Virus record (IMG/VR): IMGVR_UViG_3300022895_000234
Location: 1-37,082 of that record
Length of the DNA stretch: 37,082 nucleotides
Strand: one strand, 5' to 3'
From: a virus
Lineage: Duplodnaviria; Caudoviricetes
The notes below the pieces were generated by a model, which worked only from the letters and a program-made list of their open reading frames with translations, was not told the DNA's origin and searched no databases. The position numbers were made by a program, and so were the translations under genes. This document shows, one piece after another, positions 7,393-15,000 of the stretch (within the stretch, counting starts at the first letter, position 1; every line of letters begins with the position of its first letter).

Positions 7393-7976
7393 TACTGCCA
7401 ACTCCCTACTGCAATGGCCGATACAATGAATGCCTGTGCTACAGCTGGGCCGTTACGGACCCAAAGGGTGCAGGACGCCGTCCCCCAGTTCCCGGTGTGG
7501 ATATAGCCGAAGTGATCCACGCTCTGCATTGGCTCAAATGACGCTGCGGGGCTGTAATTCAAATTGGCGAACGGCGCCGGGAATGTCCAAAGAAAGTTCC
7601 CTACCGCTGTCGCCCCCACCGAGGCCGTTTGAGCCCCACTTCCCCGCGGTAGCACGCACACCTGCATCCCATTAGCGAATCGGTAAGCCGTGCCGTTGGC
7701 GTTGGTGATCACTTGCTGGAGCGCTGTGCCTGACGCTACGTTGCCGAGAATAGCTGCTACAGCCGCTGCGCCGAGGCCCAGGCCTGTCCGCGCAGCAGCT
7801 GCAGTAGTTCCGCCCGTGCCGCCTTTCGCAACTGGAAGCGCTGCAGGTATCGAGTTACCACCGAACGCTGCGTAGATCTCGTCAAAGTTCGCAATCGCTT
7901 TGACCCAGGCACTGCGTCGATCATCGCCACCTGTACCGCTCGGCGCGGTGCCAAGGTTGATCACTTGTTTTGTCAT
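7392..7976 (-). CDS. Short tail fibre protein
   Basis: KQVINLGTAPSGTGGDDRRSAWVK N-terminus, LPVAKGGTGGTTAAAARTGLGL fibre motif, NANGTAYRFANG..WTFPAPF..AVGSW C-terminal receptor-binding-like domain. Confidence 0.85.
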   Translation of the reverse strand: MTKQVINLGTAPSGTGGDDRRSAWVKAIANFDEIYAAFGGNSIPAALPVAKGGTGGTTAAAARTGLGLGAAAVAAILGNVASGTALQQVITNANGTAYRFANGMQVCVLPRGSGAQTASVGATAVGNFLWTFPAPFANLNYSPAASFEPMQSVDHFGYIHTGNWGTASCTLWVRNGPAVAQAFIVSAIAVGSWQ

Positions 7977-7985
7977 TATGCTGCC

Positions 7986-9041
7986 TCAAAGTGGCTTCAT
8001 TGGCCTGGACGCAAACAGCGTCCGCCCATTAGCCGTAAGCGGGTTAATGCCAGAGCCGTTATCGCAATACATCTGCAACACCGACCTGTTACTGGGCAAG
8101 AACCCGCCAAAGTTAGCGCGCAGTGGCTGCGTGGTCTGTCCGATGTTGGTTACCGAAAACAGCGCATTGGCCAGAACATAATCCTGATAGTTACCGGTCC
8201 AAGGCATCTGCTGGCTCGGGCAGTAATAGGCGCCACTCGCTATCGGATCGCCCGCTTGAACAAATGAACTGGAGGCTGGCTGCCCATTGAGTAGGGCTAG
8301 GTTAGCAGTGGTGACAAAAGTCCTGCTTCCAGAGCTGTTGCGGACCGATGCCCCGTATTCCCCCGACGGGGTAGACGGCGTTAGATAACTTGCGCAATAC
8401 CAGTTGATCATCATGGGATAGAGCGCAGTCTCTCCGTGTGCCACCTGATTGTTCCAAGCCTTCAGCCGAAATCCCGTCCAGTTCCCAGGACTACCTTTGA
8501 CCGAGAAGTTGCCCACCATCATGTAGTTGTCCGCGTTGAGAAAGACCAAAGGCCTTTCGTACGTGGTGATGGGCGAGGCGAAGTCCACATCGGCCCATTG
8601 GATCTGGTTTTTGCTTCCAGGACCTTGAAAGCCAATGTTGAATCTGCCGTTGTGGCGAACCGTGAGCACCTGGTTGACCGAATCGATCTGCGTGCGAATG
8701 TTGTTGTTCGACGCGCGGATGCCATAGGAGCCAGGAGCAGCGAATGGCTCGCCACCCAGCGAAAGGATCATCACTTGCCAAGCGCGGGTGTAGGGCTGCC
8801 GCAGCTGCAACTGCCCCGTCGAGAACCAGGCTTGAGGGCTGGTCGTGTTTTCGCCTCCGTCATACAACGCATCCACCACCACGAAGGACTGCGCCTGGAT
8901 CTCCGGTATAGAGATGTACTGGTCGAATGCGCCGTTGCCGGTCACCTGCATCATCTTCAACGATCGCACCGAGGTGATCGTGGTATCGAGGGTAATGACC
9001 CCGGACGTGTCCCGCGTCCGAAGTCCGTACAGATCAGCCAT
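7986..9041 (-). CDS. Tail-tip accessory protein
   Basis: 351-aa beta-rich ORF coupled to the large tail-tip gene; three YG-hydrophobic segments (YGLRTRD, YGIRASN, YGASVRN). Confidence 0.7.
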   Translation of the reverse strand: MADLYGLRTRDTSGVITLDTTITSVRSLKMMQVTGNGAFDQYISIPEIQAQSFVVVDALYDGGENTTSPQAWFSTGQLQLRQPYTRAWQVMILSLGGEPFAAPGSYGIRASNNNIRTQIDSVNQVLTVRHNGRFNIGFQGPGSKNQIQWADVDFASPITTYERPLVFLNADNYMMVGNFSVKGSPGNWTGFRLKAWNNQVAHGETALYPMMINWYCASYLTPSTPSGEYGASVRNSSGSRTFVTTANLALLNGQPASSSFVQAGDPIASGAYYCPSQQMPWTGNYQDYVLANALFSVTNIGQTTQPLRANFGGFLPSNRSVLQMYCDNGSGINPLTANGRTLFASRPMKPL

Positions 9042-12000
9042 CAGGTAAGCCTCCCCACCGCAGTACGCTCTATGCCGTTGGCGTCGTAGACGTACAAGCC
9101 GCCGTTATTGAGCAGCGTCGATCCGTTGGCATCCTGCCCACGAATACTCACGGCCCCCGTCACAAAGTTCAGCTCCAGCAAGGGCAGCCCTTGTGAGTTC
9201 ACCGCCTGGGAGCGGATCGTCATGCCGGCCACGATGTTTTGGATGAACGCCTGGTTGATCACCGCCTGGTTGATGAACACCTGCCCGTTCGAAACAACAA
9301 ACGGCAGGGTCACCTGCCCCGACGACTCGTCGACGATTGCGAAGCGCTGAGCGAAGGCCAGGATCTCTCCTGTTTGCCCATCGCTCCCTATTGCAATGCC
9401 GGCCATCACCCTCCGACCGCCTGTGATGGTTTCAGCCTTGATCGTGGTCATGGCCGAGACCCGTCCATCAACCCCGGCGATCGTCTCCGACACCTGCTGC
9501 ACCGATGCACTCACAGCCTGCACCGAACCCTCCACATCGCCGACCTGCGACTGGACAGTGTCCACCCGCTTGCCCATGGCGACACCATCCTCAATCCGGG
9601 CCGACTGCTCGGTCCAGACACCGACCAGGCTGCCGATAGCGCCGGCCAGGCCGGTGCTATCGCCTTCCATTTCCGGGTTCACCTGGACATACAGCCCATC
9701 CAAACGGCTTGCCTGAGCGGTAATCGCCGTCCCTTGCTGGTTCACCGTGGTGTTGAGTTGGCTGATGGCCGTGGCCTGCCCGCTCACCGCCCGCGCGGAA
9801 GGTCCAGCCACGAACGGCGAAGGCGTGTTGCTCTCCCCCACCCGCTTCTCGATCATCACCGAATCGATGATGGCCGTGAGCCCGGAAACAGCGCTCATGT
9901 TGAAGTAGATGGTGACACCGACCTTGGCGCTGTCCGTGACTGTTACCGGGAAGGTCACACGTGTCCGCGTCGTCGGCAGGGCAAGCGTGGGCCCATACCG
10001 ATGCGTGCCGTTGTAAAGCGAGATGCGCCCGTTGGTGGCAGCGCTGCACTGGATGTACATCGACACCAGGTACACGCCAGGCTCAATCCGCACGTTCCAG
10101 CCGGCCAGGTTGTTGGTCGGGCTCAGCATCAGAAAGCTATTGGTGCTGCTGCCGGCCTGGTAGCCGAAGCCGGAATCGGCATCCGGTACCGCCACCCCCT
10201 CCCGCGTCACACCGCTACCCACTGACGTGGCCGGAAGCGTGGTGGAAGTGAGCCAGCTGTAGTCATCCGCCAGCAGATTGGAACCACTGCCCCCAATGCC
10301 ACTGATGGAGCTCTGGAGCTGGGTGACTGCCTGTCCCTGCGAACTCAGCGTGTTGCCCTGCTGGGTCACAGTACCCTGTAGGCTTTGCAGCGCGCTGTTG
10401 TCCGCCTTCCCTGCCACGGCGTTGTTCAGCTGGGTGATGGCCGATCCCTGGCTGGAGACCGCACCCTCTGTCACCGACACACGGGCGTCGACCGATTGCA
10501 GTGCGCTCGCCTGGGCATTGTCCTGGCCGGCGCGCTTGCGTGCGATCGGCGAGGACAGGAACACATCGGCCGCATCGCCTACCGATACGCGGAACGTCAT
10601 CGCCATTCGCACACAGCCGGCCGGTACCGTGGCCTGCCCCGTCAGCTTCGTCCAGGATTGCGCAACATTCGTAAGGCGAACACCGTCACCTGCGGCGACC
10701 ACCCAGTTGTGGCCAACGCTCGTTCCGTCGAGATCATAGAACTGAATCCACAGCCCATGCTGACGCGCCACGGAACTGTAGGCGTACAGCTCGAAGTCGT
10801 AGACCTCACCGCCAGCGACCGCGATTTGCGAGGTCACCGCGTTCTCCGGCGGCCGCACGTTCAACGCACTCTGGAAGCCAAGGTAGTTGTTGCCCGTAGA
10901 CGTTGCCACGGGCCACTTCACCACCCGGGGTGACGGCGCCCCAGCAGGCACCGAAGCATCGTTGCGCGCCAGCACGCTGAACCCTGGCGAACCAGAGAAC
11001 ACCGGACCATCCGCAAACGCCGGGTTGAACAGCAGGTTTTCAGCCGAAACCACACCGACCGATGCCTTGATGTTGGTGATATCACTGCCTTGCGCCGTGA
11101 TGGTTGTGCCCTGCTGGGTGACCGTGTTGGTCAGCGCCTGGACCGTTGACGCATCAGCCTTGGCGGCGACCTGGCTCAGTGCACTCGCGGCAGCGTTAGC
11201 GGCGTCCGTTGCCACCTTGTCAGTCACCGCGACCCAGGCACTGCCGCTCCACCGCTTGGGCGTGTTGGCGTTGCCCGTGGTGTCGATCCAGAGGTTCTGG
11301 GCCAGGCGGTCAGCCGTGCCTGGCGTGGCGCTCTGGATGATCACCTTGCCCTTTCCGCCCGCCAGGTCCGAAGCAGCTTGCGCCGCTTGCTGTGCCGCGG
11401 TGACGTTCTGGTTGGTAGTAGAAAGGCTGTTCGTCAGGCCGGTGATGGCCGAGACTTGCGAAGTCAATCCAGACTCGGTCTGCGACACTCTGGAGTCGAG
11501 CGCCTGGGTGGCCGAAGCCAACGCCGACTCGCCCGCGCCCTGCCGGCTAACCTTCAGATTGGCGACCCACATCTTGAAGCCAACCGGCGCTACACCCTCA
11601 GGCACAACATAGATCCTGAATCCAGACGCCCCAGCCGGGATCTTGTACTGCGCCGAAAGGAACTGCCAACCGCCAGTAGCTGCGACGTAGCCCAGGATTC
11701 GAATGTTGCCGACACCCATGGTTTCTCCGGCAGCATCGACCGGGGTGATAGCGATCTTCCCTGCGTTGGTCGCCGCGTTCTCACAGAACATGTGGCACGA
11801 CAGGTTAATCACATCCCCAGCGTTTGCCCGACTGAAGATCTGGTAGGTATCGCCGATCTTGTTGGTCGACAAAAGCACGTTACCACCCCAGCCGGTATCG
11901 GCCGCCTTCTTCATGCGCCACAGAAGCCTCTCTGCAGGAGCATTGGGGGGCACGCCGGAATCAGTGGCGTTCGCATAGTCCATCTGGTAGATGGCGCCGT

Positions 12001-15000
12001 TTTCGGTCTTGAGTTGCCCTGCCGCGTTCCAGGTCGGATTAAGCAGCACATCCTCCTGAGCCGAGTTTCCTAGCGCTGCGCTGATGCTGACAATGCTGCT
12101 GCCTTGCGATGACAAGGTGTTGCCCTGCTGCGTCACAGTCGTTTGCAGCGATTGAACCGCCGAGGCATCTGCTTTCGTGGCGACCAAGGCGTTCGCAGCC
12201 GCAGCAGCGGCAGCCGCATCGGTAGCGACCTTATCGGTCACCGCGACCCACGCCGAACCGTTCCAGCGCTTCGGCGTATTGGCGTTGCCGGTCGTATCGA
12301 TCCACAAGTTCTGCGCAAGACGGTCAGCTGCAGCCGGGGCGGCTGACTGATACAGCACCTTGCCCTTCGCTCCAGCCAAATCCGACGCAGACTGCGCAGC
12401 TTGCTGGGCCGAAGTCACGTTCTGATTGGTGGTGGTCAAGCTGCTCTGCAGACCGGTGAGCGCAATACCCTGCGAGGTCAATCCTGTTTCAGTTTGCACC
12501 ACTCGGGCATCAAGCTGGCTGACAGCGTTTGCCAGGGCGCCGACCTGGCCGGCGCTGTTGCCTACCGTGAACGTGGATGGCTCCACGCCAGCCCCAACCT
12601 GCTCCTCAAGCATGAGGCGGTCCACCAGGACGGCAATCCCGTCCTTTGGATTGGCAGATGCAGACACGCACACGACCATCCGATCAGCTACAAATGCAGG
12701 GCTGGTAACATCGAACAAAACGCTATACCGAGCCCACTGATCGGTGATAGCAACGTCCTGGCCAGGCGCAAACCTGACCACACCGTCCGCGGTGATCGTG
12801 CGCAGGCTGACCTGCATCTGCTTGGCACCGGAAGTACTTTTGGCGTCCCAAGCCAGGATGTACTTCTTGTTCTTCAGGGCAATATTGGCACCCGAGTAAA
12901 TGTTGTTCGGGGCAAAGTAGGTCGTGCCGGAGCCGGAAGTCTGGAGTAGCCGCAGCACATAGCCATTGAAGCCATGCGGGTCAGCCTCCACCGAGGCTGT
13001 CTGCCCGCCGCCCAGCACCAGCGCAGGCACAGTAGCGCCAAACACCGCGTACTCGGCAGGCATCAGGTTGGACCCGCTGCCCGCGATGTTCCCCACCGCT
13101 GCCTGCACATTTGTCAGCGCCGTTCCCTGCGCCTCGATCTTTCCCTCCGCGCTCGTCACCCGGGTACCCAGGCTATTCACGGCGGTTGCGTCGGCCTTAG
13201 TCTGCGCCAGTGCCAGCGCGTTGGCCGCGGCGGCCGCCGCATCGGTGGCCACCTTGTCAGTGACCGCTACCCAGGCAGAACCGCTCCACCGTTTGGGGGT
13301 GTTGGCCCCGCTGGTGGTGTCGATCCACAGGTTTTGCGCCAGGCGGTCAGCCGTCGCAGGGGCGGCCGATTGCACGATGACCTTGCCCTTGCTACCGGCA
13401 ATGTCGGACGCCGCTTGCGCGGCCTGCTGGGCCGCCGTGACATTTTGGTTAGTGGTCGTCAGGCTATTCTGCAGACCGGTAATTGCACTCCCCTGGCTAC
13501 TAACACCTGATTCAGTTTGCGAGACTCGAGCGTCGATGGACTGGACAGTCGAAGCAAGTGCCCCAACTTGGCCAGCCGTTGGACCGGCCACATAGGGAGA
13601 CGGCGTATTGCTCTCACCGATGCGAGCTTCGACCATTACCGAGTCGATGATCGCGACAATTCCAGCCAGCGCATCTGTGTTTGGATAAATGGTAAGAGAT
13701 ACCAGCGCGCTACCCGTTACCGTCACAGGGAATGTTACCCGGGTTCGTGTCGAGGACAGTGGCACCACCGGGGAGTAGCGGTGCGTCCCATCGTACAGTG
13801 AGACACGGCCACGACTCTCCGCACTGACCTGGATATACATTGAAACCAAGTAGGTACCCGGCTCGATGCGGATGTTCCGCCCGGCCGCGTTGTTGGTAGC
13901 CGATAGCATCAAGTAAAGACTGGTGGTCACGACAGTTCCGGCATTGGTGCTGAATCTGTAGCCAAATCCGGTATCTGACTCAGGCACCGCAAGACCGGAA
14001 ATTGTCGCATGACCTCCCGACGCAACGCCGGGCAGGAGTGCTGAGGTTAGCCAGCTATAAGGTGAAGGCAGCAGGTTGGACCCGCTCCCGGCAAGACTGC
14101 CGACCGAAGCCTGCACGCTCGTCAGCGCCTGACCCTGCGCAGTGATCGTGTTGCCTTGTTGGATGACCGTATTGGATAAAGCGGTCACGGTAGAGGCATC
14201 AGCCTTGGTCTGCGCCAGCGCGCTTGCCGCAGCCGCTGCAGCCGCCGCATCCGTGGCCACCTTATCTGTCACGGCCACCCAGGCACTGCCGTTCCAGCGT
14301 TTCGGGGTGTTGGCATTGCCGGTAGTGTCGATCCAGAGATTCTGGGCCGCACGATCGGCTACCGCCGGTGCTGTTGCCTGGAACAGCACCTTGCCCTTGC
14401 CGCCGGCCAGGTCCGACGCGGACTGGGCTGCCTGCTGGGCTGCAGTGACGTTCTGGTTGGTGGTGGTCAGGCTGTTGTTGAGGCCAGTGAGTGCCTGGCC
14501 TTGCGACGTGATCGTGTTGCCCTGCTGAGTCACGGTCGTGGACAGCGAATCAACAGCAGAGGCATCGGCCTTGGTCTGCGCAACCGACAACGCACTGGCC
14601 GCAGCGGCTGCCGCATCAGTGGCCACCTTGTCAGTGACCGCTACCCAGGCGCTGCCGCTCCACCGTTTCGGCGTGTTGGCATTGCCCGTCGTATCGATCC
14701 AGAGGTTCTGTGCCAGGCGATCAGCTGCGGCAGGAGCAGCAGACTGGACAATCACCTTGCCCTTCCCGCCGGCCAGGGTGGAAGCATCCTGCGCCGCCTG
14801 CTGCGCGGCCGACACGTTCTGGTTGGTAGTGACCAAGCTGTTTTGCAGGCCGGTCATAGCCTGGCCCTGAGACGTGATTACACCCTCTGCATCAGTGACG
14901 CGGGTCGACAGGTTGTTGACCGCCGAGGCATCGGCTTTGGTCTGCGCCACGGTCAGCGCGTTCGCTGCTGCCGCTGCTGCGTCGGTTGCAACCTTGTCGG

